DNA of 64,000 nucleotides from a virus (Duplodnaviria > Caudoviricetes). The translations under genes were made by a program, and so were the position numbers. The notes under the pieces were generated by a model that saw only the letters and a list, made by a program, of their open reading frames with translations, searched no databases and was not told the DNA's origin. Location of the stretch: the IMG/VR virus record IMGVR_UViG_3300043427_003220, positions 32,001 to 96,000 of that record; one strand, given 5' to 3'. The first letter of the stretch is position 1, and every line of letters begins with the position of its first letter. This document shows positions 28,601 through 36,841 of the stretch, one piece after another.

Positions 28601-30505
28601 CAAAGGTCTGCGTTTACTGGTCAAGACGGAATGGTTCGATACAACACGACAAATAATTTTTATGAAGGTCATTCTGCTGGAAGCTGGGCCCCATTAAGTG
28701 GCGGCAGAGTGGTTAATATCTCTTCTACAACAACACTATCAAATGAAACTAGATACCTAACAAATACTTTTGCAGGACCTTTTTCAGTTACACTACCTCT
28801 TGGCTCCCTTAATTCAAGAATTGAGATTAAAGACGCTGTTTATACATGGCAAACAAATAACTTAACAATTATTCCTGCTTCTGGCCAGAGAATTGAGTCA
28901 TTGGCGGTCAACGAGTCGCTTGTGTGCGACATCAACGGTGGGTGGGTTGTATTAGATTGGGATAATGCAAACTCAGTTTGGAACCTTTCAACAAGTGCTT
29001 TGGTTGATTTAAATGATACGTATGCTACCGAAAGCTATGCGGGAATTGTAAGTACAAGCAATCAAACTTTTGCAGGAACAAAAAAATTTAATGATGGTAT
29101 TATATTAGAAACAAATACCACCCCTGCAATTGCTCCGTCGAATGGCATTCAAGTTTACGCAAAAGCAGACAATAAGCTTTACACCCTTAATTCTTTGGGT
29201 GTGGAGCAAGCGGTCGGTTCCGGCGGTTCAGTATTGTCAATTGCTCAATCTGCGCACGGTTTTACCTCCGCTGACGTTGGTCGTCCGTTGTACCTTAATA
29301 CTTCTTTATACGCCTTTGCGCAAGCAAACACCGAAGCAAGGGCAGAGGTTGCTGCGCTCATTAGTAGAATCGTTGACGCAGATAACTTTGAAATCTGTCT
29401 CGGCGGTGAAGTCTCTTCTGTGGGGTCTAATCTAATTGTTGGCGGCGGCTCTCTTACGCCCGGAGAAATGTACTTTTTGTCCGCAACTGACGAGGGAAAG
29501 ATTTCTATTACTCCTCCGTCCGTGGTTGGTCAGATTTCTAAACCCGTTGGTATCGCCCGTACTACGACTGCGCTTGATTTCTTCAATATGCGCGGTTTGC
29601 CGGTTGGCGGAACAAACGCATATTCACAAATTACACTTACTAATAACGCAGTCACAACTATTCAAAATGCTTCGGCTTATGATAGCGTTGAGCTTTCCGG
29701 CTGGGTTTATATTAACGCAACCGTAAAATACCGCTTTGCTATAAAAGTTCAAGTAACTAAAAATGGAGCCGGAAATAACTATCTTGTCAGCTTTCAGCAT
29801 TCCGGTGATACCCCACCAACGGGATTTGACATAGACGCAACTGCGGCTGGTCTTGTTCAGATTACGCTTCCGTCGATTGCCGGTTTTACGTCTGCGGTTG
29901 TACAATTTAGCCTCAACGGCCCCGCAGTTGGCGCTAGTTTGCCATTGCAAATTGAGTCTACAAACGTAAGCTTTAGTACAGTTCAGGCTAAAGATAGCAC
30001 TGGTATTGCTTTTCGAAATTCATCTGGAACCACGATTGCAACTTTAAATAACAGCGGTCATTTGCTTTTACCAAAAATTCCAGTATTTTATGCGTGGAGG
30101 CCAGGTGCTGCTTTTGCAACGACTACCGGAGCTTTCGGAACAATCGCACCTGTATTTAATACAACCAGAGTAAATGTGGATACTTGTTACAATACAACAA
30201 ACGGCAGGTTCACCGCACCAGTTGCGGGAATTTATGAATTTCAATTTGGAATTACACATAGATGGAGCACCGGAGCAGGTAATTTAGAGCCAACTTTTTA
30301 TGTTGATGGCACAAATGCTTCTCCCAGAGGATGTGCGTATTCGTATGTAACCGCCGCGAATGATCATGATTGGGTTCATACTCATATTATCCTATCGTTA
30401 AACGCAGGTCAGTACGTTCAATGCGGAATTCATGCATGCGCAGCCGGAACAGATTATTATTATGGCGAACAGTTAGGTTATTTTTCTGGTAAATTAATTG
30501 GATAA
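25604..30505 (+). CDS. Long tail-fibre/virion protein with C-terminal C1q-like domain
   Basis: 1633 aa, T/S/G/N-rich, internal ADVD..AAI..TK repeats. Ends with PVF...YNTTNGRFTAPVAGIYEF...L.LNAGQYV...FSGKLIG (C1q pattern). Confidence 0.8.
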   Translation: MSEILHKDLIGEDIHELKVTVSAAPPASVPIFVGQGYYDLVAKKFYVAQGTSLLSDWITTDIPPFLTFLDTRTISWTSTTSGGGTQITYSANVEEAELILTSTNITDFSNAVLTLPEIVSLLADQHTRLILRTGGEPNPTVWSPAVFNGLELDSDSQKIKLSQNLSEIGDPTFNETTLTIRSRTPLLTLTSGGTPTAASLYLDGSKGMVARGFAGSTSSFTLQNEAGDDVLKNPVSTDQLVLPSLGGLDAPYVVHSDASGLLSASKLVDADVDAAAAIAGTKVSPDFGSQNITTTGSVLVDTIESNTNDIGILTGNDNKTILIGTGSGYNTINLGGTNTVVNISGAVYTTPVEYVTEDKNIVVNFNASGQDSPDSGLYVQEEYSGALINLTDATWQAGNTVRYAVDIAGIDGLVAGEYVRITGFVNTQNNGTFKVLTANAGYIDVVNPKRTDASKDETGVTANAARLLLNGYIHVGSTRMSWEVRAPAHAGIIELKPQTAAKTLQITSESSNDVTVKFNTNLTVDQDLQKTSSVEFSDAKISTFGTGIVHSNASGQLSSSLIQNADVDGSAAIAGTKISPDFGSQNITTTGDLSVSSVKVTGIEPVGGANFFTSATNGLVLRGVAGTSAQFKLISDLGVNFVTITDTSVTFHSLTNGVVKASSGTLSSSLLVNADVDAAANIEGSKIQAAGPTNAGVVDTATQSFSGNKTFNGNVSITNFSAAGVVHNNAAGLLSTSLIMNADVDPSAAISATKLSNQPSGNIAATTVQAAINELDTEKVAKSGDSMTGDLSFASNFGIQSTSASSVLDVGTNANTAVLNLGTGSFTNTINLGTGSGTTTINIGGPSDTVNITGTLNTVNVTDMEITDKNITLNKNGPAASGDGSGINIEEGSLITGFSKIGNSRTSWEFKAPASSGSVLLTPSAGAHVAEFKIPALSSSAIYTFPLTTDSIVGRNSTDDLSNKTLFNPKIDQITPYNVDQTITINGTAGLKIPSGTDAQRSAFTGQDGMVRYNTTNNFYEGHSAGSWAPLSGGRVVNISSTTTLSNETRYLTNTFAGPFSVTLPLGSLNSRIEIKDAVYTWQTNNLTIIPASGQRIESLAVNESLVCDINGGWVVLDWDNANSVWNLSTSALVDLNDTYATESYAGIVSTSNQTFAGTKKFNDGIILETNTTPAIAPSNGIQVYAKADNKLYTLNSLGVEQAVGSGGSVLSIAQSAHGFTSADVGRPLYLNTSLYAFAQANTEARAEVAALISRIVDADNFEICLGGEVSSVGSNLIVGGGSLTPGEMYFLSATDEGKISITPPSVVGQISKPVGIARTTTALDFFNMRGLPVGGTNAYSQITLTNNAVTTIQNASAYDSVELSGWVYINATVKYRFAIKVQVTKNGAGNNYLVSFQHSGDTPPTGFDIDATAAGLVQITLPSIAGFTSAVVQFSLNGPAVGASLPLQIESTNVSFSTVQAKDSTGIAFRNSSGTTIATLNNSGHLLLPKIPVFYAWRPGAAFATTTGAFGTIAPVFNTTRVNVDTCYNTTNGRFTAPVAGIYEFQFGITHRWSTGAGNLEPTFYVDGTNASPRGCAYSYVTAANDHDWVHTHIILSLNAGQYVQCGIHACAAGTDYYYGEQLGYFSGKLIG

Positions 30506-30517
30506 GGGGTATAAACA

Positions 30518-30970
30518 ATGGCAAAGACTACATTAATAGAAAAAGGCCAAATACTCCAATGTGCATATTTTGGTGAATTTAGCGGCAGTGGAACAAATAA
30601 TAACTGGTCTTTAGCATTGGGGACCGCATCGTTTACTCCGAAAAAAGCAAATTCTCAAATTTTAATAATGTACAATGGCACCCTTTATAATAACTCAGTT
30701 CCCTCTTCAGCTGGCGGCGGAGCAAGATTAAAAAGAAATGGCGTCGTTATTCAATCAGCGCAAAATACGGACGGCGGCGGCACGCAACCATATGCCATGT
30801 ATGCTTCCGGATTAGGAAATATGGCGACAAGGCTTCATTATCAATACTTAGACACACCAAACACAACGTCTGCAATAAATTATTCAATAGAAGTATCGTC
30901 ATACAGCACCGCAAGTTCCGCATTTACTGCTTTTGGTTGGTCAATTGTAATAATGGAAATTGCGGGGTAG
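30518..30970 (+). CDS. Stand-alone fibre tip domain protein
   Basis: SFTPKKANSQILI...YLDTPNTTSAINY...IVIMEIAG pattern common at phage fibre ends. Confidence 0.6.
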   Translation: MAKTTLIEKGQILQCAYFGEFSGSGTNNNWSLALGTASFTPKKANSQILIMYNGTLYNNSVPSSAGGGARLKRNGVVIQSAQNTDGGGTQPYAMYASGLGNMATRLHYQYLDTPNTTSAINYSIEVSSYSTASSAFTAFGWSIVIMEIAG

Positions 30971-30972
30971 TT

Positions 30973-31425
30973 ATGGCAAAAGTACCATTAATACAAAGTA
31001 GCTATCCTGTTTTTCCAGATAGACCTTACTTTTTTGCTAATACCGTTGGAGAGGGAAATGCAGGAAATGGTCTAACTCGAACTATTGTTTTTGGTACGGC
31101 GGTTGAAAACAGAGGCAGCTGCTACAGTACATCCACTGGGAGATTTACAGCTCCAATCGGCGGTGTATACCATTTTGACTGTTTAGTGATGGAAGAAACT
31201 TATTATGGCAATTGGAGCGATTGGGATTGTTATTTTAGAAAAAATGGAACAGCAATTGCTGGTATTTTGGGTGACATCAACACACCTCAATTAGATGAAC
31301 AAGTTTTTAGCGCATCGGTTACGGTATATTTAAACACCGGAGATTGGGTTGACATAGTGCTTTATACCAGCGGTGCCAACACAATTGAAGCTCCGTCTTA
31401 TTTTTGTGGACATTTAGTGGGGTAA
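30973..31425 (+). CDS. Stand-alone C1q-like domain protein
   Basis: YSTSTGRFTAPIGGVYHF...VYLNTGDWV...FCGHLVG. Start at ATG 30973. Confidence 0.75.
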   Translation: MAKVPLIQSSYPVFPDRPYFFANTVGEGNAGNGLTRTIVFGTAVENRGSCYSTSTGRFTAPIGGVYHFDCLVMEETYYGNWSDWDCYFRKNGTAIAGILGDINTPQLDEQVFSASVTVYLNTGDWVDIVLYTSGANTIEAPSYFCGHLVG

Positions 31426-31427
31426 GT

Positions 31428-31892
31428 ATGGCAAAAGTACCATTAATACAAAGTAGCTATCCTGTTTTTCCTGAACGCCCTTCTTTTTTTATAGGGTGGC
31501 CTGGGGCAATGTCTTTAACCGGAACCGCCGCTCTTCCTCCCACCGGCGGATCGGTAAAATTTAATAATGGTTCTCATTTTAATACTTCGACAATGCGCTT
31601 TACCTGTCCTGTTGCTGGACTGTATTTAATAGGCGCAAGCTATTTACGGCAAAACGCAAGTAATGCTGTAGTTCGTATGAATGCTTTTAAAAATGGAACC
31701 GGTGAAAATCAGCAGTTGCGTTCTACCGAAGCCTATACTGGTTTTAATTATACAGCCGGACAATGGTGGTTAATAAAAGCAAATGTTGGCGATCTTTTAG
31801 ATGTCAGAATTTCGGCAGACAGCGCAACCTCTTTGTACGCAGACGGTGGAAACGGTGAATATAATTGGATTTGTGGGTATTTGATTGGATAG
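31428..31892 (+). CDS. Stand-alone C1q-like domain protein
   Basis: FNTSTMRFTCPVAGLYL...GDLLDV...CGYLIG. First 44 nt are identical to the gene at 30973. Confidence 0.75.
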   Translation: MAKVPLIQSSYPVFPERPSFFIGWPGAMSLTGTAALPPTGGSVKFNNGSHFNTSTMRFTCPVAGLYLIGASYLRQNASNAVVRMNAFKNGTGENQQLRSTEAYTGFNYTAGQWWLIKANVGDLLDVRISADSATSLYADGGNGEYNWICGYLIG

Positions 31893-31953
31893 TATTACAT
31901 AATTTTAATGTAGCATACTGCACAAATAAAATAGTGTTGCAAAGGAGAACTCA

Positions 31954-32349
31954 ATGGCTAATTTAAGTACAATAGCAACGGCTGGAAGAGATTTTCAGGA
32001 TGGCGGTTACAAAATTAATTATGGAGTGTACAGCCCAACAGTTACGGCAGTATCTGGCGTTGTAAATGCAAATCTTGGAAACTCTTTTAGAGATGTACGC
32101 ACAGGAAATAGAGCAATTGCAATCCATAATTTAAAAGATGGTCAGTCCGTGACTATTTTAGTTCAGGGAGCGGCCACAAACGTAATAACAATTACGGCAT
32201 ATAGCGATAACGGAATTACAACGATTCCGGTTAAGTATGGAGCAGGTCAAAGCGGTGTAATGGCATCAACGTACTCGCTTTTTACCGTTTATAGGGTTGG
32301 TGGAAGTTTAAATTTTGCAGTAATTGGACCAATTCATGGAATAGTATAA
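31954..32349 (+). CDS. Small virion protein, paralogue of 43548..43970
   Basis: Shared YGV.SPTV, HN.KDGQSV.ILVQGA and NFA..G..HGI motifs. Confidence 0.7.
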   Translation: MANLSTIATAGRDFQDGGYKINYGVYSPTVTAVSGVVNANLGNSFRDVRTGNRAIAIHNLKDGQSVTILVQGAATNVITITAYSDNGITTIPVKYGAGQSGVMASTYSLFTVYRVGGSLNFAVIGPIHGIV

Positions 32350-32350
32350 T

Positions 32351-33745
32351 ATGTTTTTTAATAATACAATCGGTGTTCTGTCTACTCAGATAACAGAAGA
32401 GGTGGAAGAGAGGTTTACATCTTCTACTTCTAAAACAATGGCGTCTACATATGTACCAAGTAGCATAAAAATTTGGGGAATTGGAGGAGGCGCAGGCGGT
32501 TCTAGTGGCGCAAACGGTGGGAACGGAAATGCTGGTAGCTCTGGTGGGACTGGCAATACTGGGAATGGTGGAGCCGGCGGTGGTGGATTTGGAAATGGCG
32601 GCGGCGGTGGAACTGGCTATGGAGGAACTGGAGGCAAGGGCGGCACAAAGGGCACTGGAGGAACTGGAGGTAGCGGAGGAACTGGAGGAAGCGGCGGCGG
32701 AGCAGGTTCTGGCAATTTAAATAACTATAATACAGCCGTGTATGATAATTTTAATGATTTCATAGCGGGAGCCCTTTTAGGTATTACGGTTGGAAATGGC
32801 GGTTCTTCGGGCACAAATGGAAACTCTACCTTGTTTTTAGTAAATTCAATTGCAAAAACAATATATTCAGGCGGTACCATCAATACCGGTGGCCTCGGAA
32901 CGGCAGGCACATCGGGCACTGCCGGAGCGGGCGGTACAGCCGGAGCAAATGGCAGCGGCGGAGCGACTGTCGGTTCCGGCACAAACAACGGAGGTGGTGC
33001 TGGAGGGGGTGCTGGAGGCGGCGGAGGAACTGGAGGCGGCGCTGGCGGTAGTGGTGGTAGCGGAGGTTCCGCCGGAACTGGAGGAACGGGAGCAATTATT
33101 GATGGAATAATATACGGCGCTGGCGGTAATGGCGGTAATGGTGGTAATGGCGGTAATGGTGGTAGTGGCGGAAATGGTGGTGCTGGAGGTGCTGGCGGAA
33201 ATGGTTACGGAGGAGGCGGTGGAGGAGCTTCTGTTTATCAAACAGATTTTTGGGTTTCTTATGCTGGTAATCCCGGCGGCTGGGGTTGGGCCGGCGGTGG
33301 TGGCAGCGGAGCGGCAAATATCATTGCTTTGGGAGGCGGAAATGGGGGGTCTTCTGTAAATGGATACAGTGGAGGTATAGGAGGCACCATTTCAGGAGGA
33401 GAGGTTGCAGGACTTGGTGGCGGCGGTGGCGGAGGCGGAGGTGGGGGCTCAAGCGCTGCTGGTAGTGCGGGTGGAAACGGTTATTATGCAGGCGGTGTGT
33501 ATTACCCAGGAAATGGTGGAAGTGGCGGAAGCGGCGGCGGCGGGAATGGTGGACGTGGCCAGGGTTATCTTGGGCCATACTCCGGAGGTTCCGTCGGCGG
33601 TCAAGGCGGTCAAGGCGGCGGATATGGAGGAGCGGGAGGATCGGGAGGAGCCTCCGGTTCTGCAGGGACTTTGGGCCAATCCGGAACACTTGGACAGGCT
33701 GGCAAAAATGGAATGTTAATAATCAAGTATAAAATTTTTAAATAA
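32351..33745 (+). CDS. Glycine-rich adhesin-like virion protein
   Basis: 464 aa of G-G-X repeats between conserved VEERF...SIK.WGIGGGAGG and IIKYKIFK ends. Confidence 0.75.
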   Translation: MFFNNTIGVLSTQITEEVEERFTSSTSKTMASTYVPSSIKIWGIGGGAGGSSGANGGNGNAGSSGGTGNTGNGGAGGGGFGNGGGGGTGYGGTGGKGGTKGTGGTGGSGGTGGSGGGAGSGNLNNYNTAVYDNFNDFIAGALLGITVGNGGSSGTNGNSTLFLVNSIAKTIYSGGTINTGGLGTAGTSGTAGAGGTAGANGSGGATVGSGTNNGGGAGGGAGGGGGTGGGAGGSGGSGGSAGTGGTGAIIDGIIYGAGGNGGNGGNGGNGGSGGNGGAGGAGGNGYGGGGGGASVYQTDFWVSYAGNPGGWGWAGGGGSGAANIIALGGGNGGSSVNGYSGGIGGTISGGEVAGLGGGGGGGGGGGSSAAGSAGGNGYYAGGVYYPGNGGSGGSGGGGNGGRGQGYLGPYSGGSVGGQGGQGGGYGGAGGSGGASGSAGTLGQSGTLGQAGKNGMLIIKYKIFK

Positions 33746-33761
33746 ATATTTCATGCTTTTC

Positions 33762-33788
33762 TAAAGTTCTTGCAACAAAAGACGATAA
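33762..33788 (+). promoter_or_regulatory. Sigma-28-type promoter
   Basis: TAAA-gttcttgcaacaaaa(15)-GACGATAA, then AGGAGGT and ATG at 33816. Confidence 0.8.
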
Positions 33789-33815
33789 GATTTATGGTGA
33801 GTGTAGGAGGTACCT

Positions 33816-33884
33816 ATGCTCATCAGTCTTTTATTGGCTTTATTAATAGCCTATGTAGCGGCTAGATTAGGGAGTATTATATGA
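33816..33884 (+). CDS. Small hydrophobic peptide (22 aa)
   Basis: MLISLLLALLIAYVAARLGSII with AGGAGG RBS and ATGA overlap with the next gene. Confidence 0.55.
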   Translation: MLISLLLALLIAYVAARLGSII

Positions 33885-34069
33885 AAATGCTTGATATGAT
33901 GATGGCTTATGAGAACGGTGACCTTGATATGGAACAAACCGTAGAATTGTTTCAAAAACTTATTGACAGCGGGCTTATTTTTAGCCTACAAGGTAATTAT
34001 ATGAGAGTGGCCAGAGATTTGGTTGACGCTGGTTTGATTGACTTGACTACTGCTGACATTGAGGAGTGA
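33881..34069 (+). CDS. Conserved small phage protein
   Basis: YE.G.L.....ELFQ.LIDSG....LQG.Y.R.A..L pattern. Confidence 0.65.
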   Translation: MKMLDMMMAYENGDLDMEQTVELFQKLIDSGLIFSLQGNYMRVARDLVDAGLIDLTTADIEE

Positions 34070-34071
34070 TT

Positions 34072-34221
34072 ATGGCAATGGAAATGTTTGTTAATAGAAT
34101 CTTAATGTTGATGGCAGGAACACTAACGAGTCACGCTGTTTACGAAATGCTTGAAATTGAGCATAATTCAGTAGACGCCATTGCCACCTATGAAGCCGTA
34201 GTAAACGGAAACATCCTATGA
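34072..34221 (+). CDS. Hypothetical 49-aa protein
   Basis: GAGGAG RBS, coupled to the next ORF. Confidence 0.5.
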   Translation: MAMEMFVNRILMLMAGTLTSHAVYEMLEIEHNSVDAIATYEAVVNGNIL

Positions 34222-34385
34222 CAAACAAACATGATGACGAACAGGAGCCCAAAGACCCGGAAACTCTCGAAGAGGCTTTGTTTATTATTGCCTGCCATCT
34301 TATTATTTTTGTTTTAAAGGTCGGTTGCATTGTTGCAGGCTGGATGTTGATGGTTGAGTTGTTGAAAAAAATGTTAATGCAATAG
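34218..34385 (+). CDS. Small membrane protein (55 aa)
   Basis: Acidic N-terminus plus hydrophobic stretch, ATGA overlap. Confidence 0.5.
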   Translation: MTNKHDDEQEPKDPETLEEALFIIACHLIIFVLKVGCIVAGWMLMVELLKKMLMQ

Positions 34386-34393
34386 GAGGGGTT

Positions 34394-34744
34394 ATGGCCC
34401 TAAATGCTTTGGTTATTGTCGGAAGTTTAATTCTTGGTGGTTTTGCCCTATCGGCAGCAAAACATAAACCGCTACCAGTTGGCTCGTGTATTGCAAACAG
34501 TTTGCTCTGTAATGCTAATGACCCTAACATTGACCCTTGGGAAGTGAAATGCTATACAAGCGCCGTTTTGAAGATTGAGCAAGTTGGCAAACGGTCTTAC
34601 AAAACAAGTTGTATTGATGAAACTGTTCAGTGTAAAGAGTTTGTTAGTTTTGAGGACGCTAAGTCTATTTATTATCCAATTGAGTGTCCAGTTATAAAGA
34701 AAGAGATGCGCCTTCACAACTCAATTCCGTTGCCGAAAGAATAA
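34394..34744 (+). CDS. Putative secreted Cys-containing protein
   Basis: N-terminal signal/TM segment, AGGAGG RBS. Confidence 0.6.
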   Translation: MALNALVIVGSLILGGFALSAAKHKPLPVGSCIANSLLCNANDPNIDPWEVKCYTSAVLKIEQVGKRSYKTSCIDETVQCKEFVSFEDAKSIYYPIECPVIKKEMRLHNSIPLPKE

Positions 34745-34747
34745 TTT

Positions 34748-34942
34748 ATGAGAATTCTTATAGGAAACATTATTTTATTTATCTGCGTCAGCATTTTAAT
34801 TAGCTCTTTGTTGTATGTTACCAAGATTGCTGACAAATATATGAATGTAGCTACTCAAGTTTATTGCGAACAGCGCGCAGACTTTGATAAATGTTCTCAA
34901 GAATTTAAAGAAAAAACTTCTAAATTAATGAAGGAACGATGA
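34748..34942 (+). CDS. Small membrane protein
   Basis: N-terminal TM helix. Confidence 0.5.
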   Translation: MRILIGNIILFICVSILISSLLYVTKIADKYMNVATQVYCEQRADFDKCSQEFKEKTSKLMKER

Positions 34943-35901
34943 TGCAGCTATCTGAATTTCTTGAAAAACATTTCAAGCATTTCAACGCAAGAGAAACGCT
35001 GGCTGCTGCTAAGGCTTATAAAGCGCATATTGAGTCTGGTAATCTAATGATGGTTACATTGGCAGGAGCTATGTCCACTGCCGAGCTTGGTATTATCTTG
35101 GCTGAGATGATTCGCCAAGACAAAGTACATGCTATTACCTGTACCGGAGCCAACCTTGAAGAAAGTCTCTATAACTTAGTTGCTTACAATCACTACAAAG
35201 TCATTCCTAATTATAGAGACTTGACTCCCCAAGAGGAGGAAGAGCTTCTCAGCCAACATCTCAATAGGGTCACAGATACTTGTATCCCAGAAGATGAAGC
35301 AATTAGGCTGATTGAAGGTCATTTGTTTGAAGAATGGAGAAAGCTTAATGATGCCGGCAGTTCAGCTTTTCCTCACCAAGTTACATACAATGTAATCCGT
35401 AGCGGTAAACTCAAACCACAGTCCGACCCTAAAGACTCGTGGCTTGTGGCTGCTTGTGAAAAGAATTTGCCCATTTATGTTCCGGGGTGGGAGGACTCAA
35501 CCTGCGGCAACATCTTTACCTCCTACTGCATGGCGGGTGATTTGTCACCTAAGTGTATTAAGGGCGGGATTGAAGCAATGATTGACTTGGCTGGATGGTA
35601 TCAGCGCGTAGCAAAAGACAAGACAGTTGGGTTCTTTCAAGTAGGCGGCGGTATTGCAGGTGACTTTCCCATCTGTGTAGTTCCTATGTTGCACCAAGAC
35701 ATGGGGCTTAGTAATGTTCCGTTGTGGGGATATTTTTGCCAGATAGGCGACTCTACGACTTCTTACGGAAGTTATTCAGGGGCAGTGCCCAACGAGAAGA
35801 TTACTTGGGGGAAACTCTCAAGAGAAACTCCTAAGTTTATGATTGAGTCAGACGCTACTATTGTTGCACCTTTGATTTGGGGGTATGTGCTTGAATATTA
35901 A
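34939..35901 (+). CDS. Deoxyhypusine synthase-like protein
   Basis: TLAGAMSTAELG, CTGANLEE, NRVTD, VPG.EDS, GGG, SYSGA.P.EKITWGK (catalytic Lys) and ESDATIVAPL. Confidence 0.9.
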   Translation: MMQLSEFLEKHFKHFNARETLAAAKAYKAHIESGNLMMVTLAGAMSTAELGIILAEMIRQDKVHAITCTGANLEESLYNLVAYNHYKVIPNYRDLTPQEEEELLSQHLNRVTDTCIPEDEAIRLIEGHLFEEWRKLNDAGSSAFPHQVTYNVIRSGKLKPQSDPKDSWLVAACEKNLPIYVPGWEDSTCGNIFTSYCMAGDLSPKCIKGGIEAMIDLAGWYQRVAKDKTVGFFQVGGGIAGDFPICVVPMLHQDMGLSNVPLWGYFCQIGDSTTSYGSYSGAVPNEKITWGKLSRETPKFMIESDATIVAPLIWGYVLEY

Positions 35902-35925
35902 AACTCTGCGAGAACAGGTAGTTAT

Positions 35926-35953
35926 AAAAAAAGAAGGCGACGACTACGTCGCC
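35926..35953 (-). terminator. Intrinsic terminator (minus strand)
   Basis: GGCGACG-loop-CGTCGCC hairpin with TTCTTTTTTT following on the minus strand. Confidence 0.6.
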
Positions 35954-36080
35954 ACCCATCCTTTACACCCTACACTTTCTGTATGTGCCCCTACAATTCT
36001 TGAAGCCGAAGAAGAAATTCTGCAATATGTTATGTATTTAGTTTTATTAAACAAAATAAAATAAAGCCATTTTACTGGCT

Positions 36081-36539
36081 TTAGATTGGGTTTGCAGACA
36101 TCTTTTGAATCAAGCTAAGCGTTGTTTTGGCCCTATAGATTTCAAACTTCTTGCCGCTCATAGAGCATCTCATACTATCTCTGTGCATTGATGTCTTAAT
36201 TTGCTTTACCTCTTCTTCAATTGCTGGAGAGTAGGTTTTGCCATTTTCCAACAAGACCTTTACGTAGACTGTAAAGCCGTCCGACCCTAAAGCTGCCACT
36301 GTCAAATAAGCCGCACCATTAGATACTGTAGTCTTTTCAGTGATGGCTGAACTCAACGCTCCAGCCGTCTCTTCGTTTGGAGCCAACAAAATAACACCCA
36401 AAACATCTGACGCCTTGGTCAATTCGGCCACTTCATCAACGCAATCCGTTGTCTTTTCTTCAAGAATCTTATTAATAGACAATCCACTCAATCCCACTAC
36501 TACCACTGCCGCTAAAGCAAACTTAAGAACTCGTTTCAT
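36081..36539 (-). CDS. Putative exported/membrane-anchored protein
   Basis: MKRVLKFALAAVVVVG signal-like N-terminus. Confidence 0.6.
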   Translation of the reverse strand: MKRVLKFALAAVVVVGLSGLSINKILEEKTTDCVDEVAELTKASDVLGVILLAPNEETAGALSSAITEKTTVSNGAAYLTVAALGSDGFTVYVKVLLENGKTYSPAIEEEVKQIKTSMHRDSMRCSMSGKKFEIYRAKTTLSLIQKMSANPI

Positions 36540-36829
36540 TGCTCACCTCCTACTTCATTATCGTCATCTTCGTCAGAATCTTTAATATTTTCTTTATCGT
36601 CTCTACTCCATTCTTTTTTTAAATGCTCGTCGAGTTTTGGTTTGTGTTTAAGAGGATGATAGTGATTTGTAATCGCATTTAAAACTAAGGCCACGTGTCC
36701 TGCCTTAAACCCTTCTGGTAAATGGCTAGCCAGCTCTTCCGTAAGGTGCTCAAAGCAGAGCTTCTTGGAAAACATAGGCGTTACCATTGCGTCGCATTTC
36801 TTGCATTTTCGCCACCGCTCACCTTCCAT
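36536..36829 (-). CDS. Hypothetical protein with CxxC motif
   Basis: CKKC...LCFEH, ATGA coupling. Confidence 0.6.
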   Translation of the reverse strand: MEGERWRKCKKCDAMVTPMFSKKLCFEHLTEELASHLPEGFKAGHVALVLNAITNHYHPLKHKPKLDEHLKKEWSRDDKENIKDSDEDDDNEVGGEQ

Positions 36830-36841
36830 AACACTCCCAAA

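Noticed and set aside
32481-33719. Numerous overlapping alternative-frame and antisense ORFs in the Gly-rich gene (also at 44045-45185 and 51737-61535)
   Set aside because: These are shadow ORFs caused by stop-poor repetitive codons, with no RBS support.
34091-34530. Minus-strand ORFs 34091-34330 and 34303-34530
   Set aside because: The region is fully tiled by coupled plus-strand small genes with RBSs.
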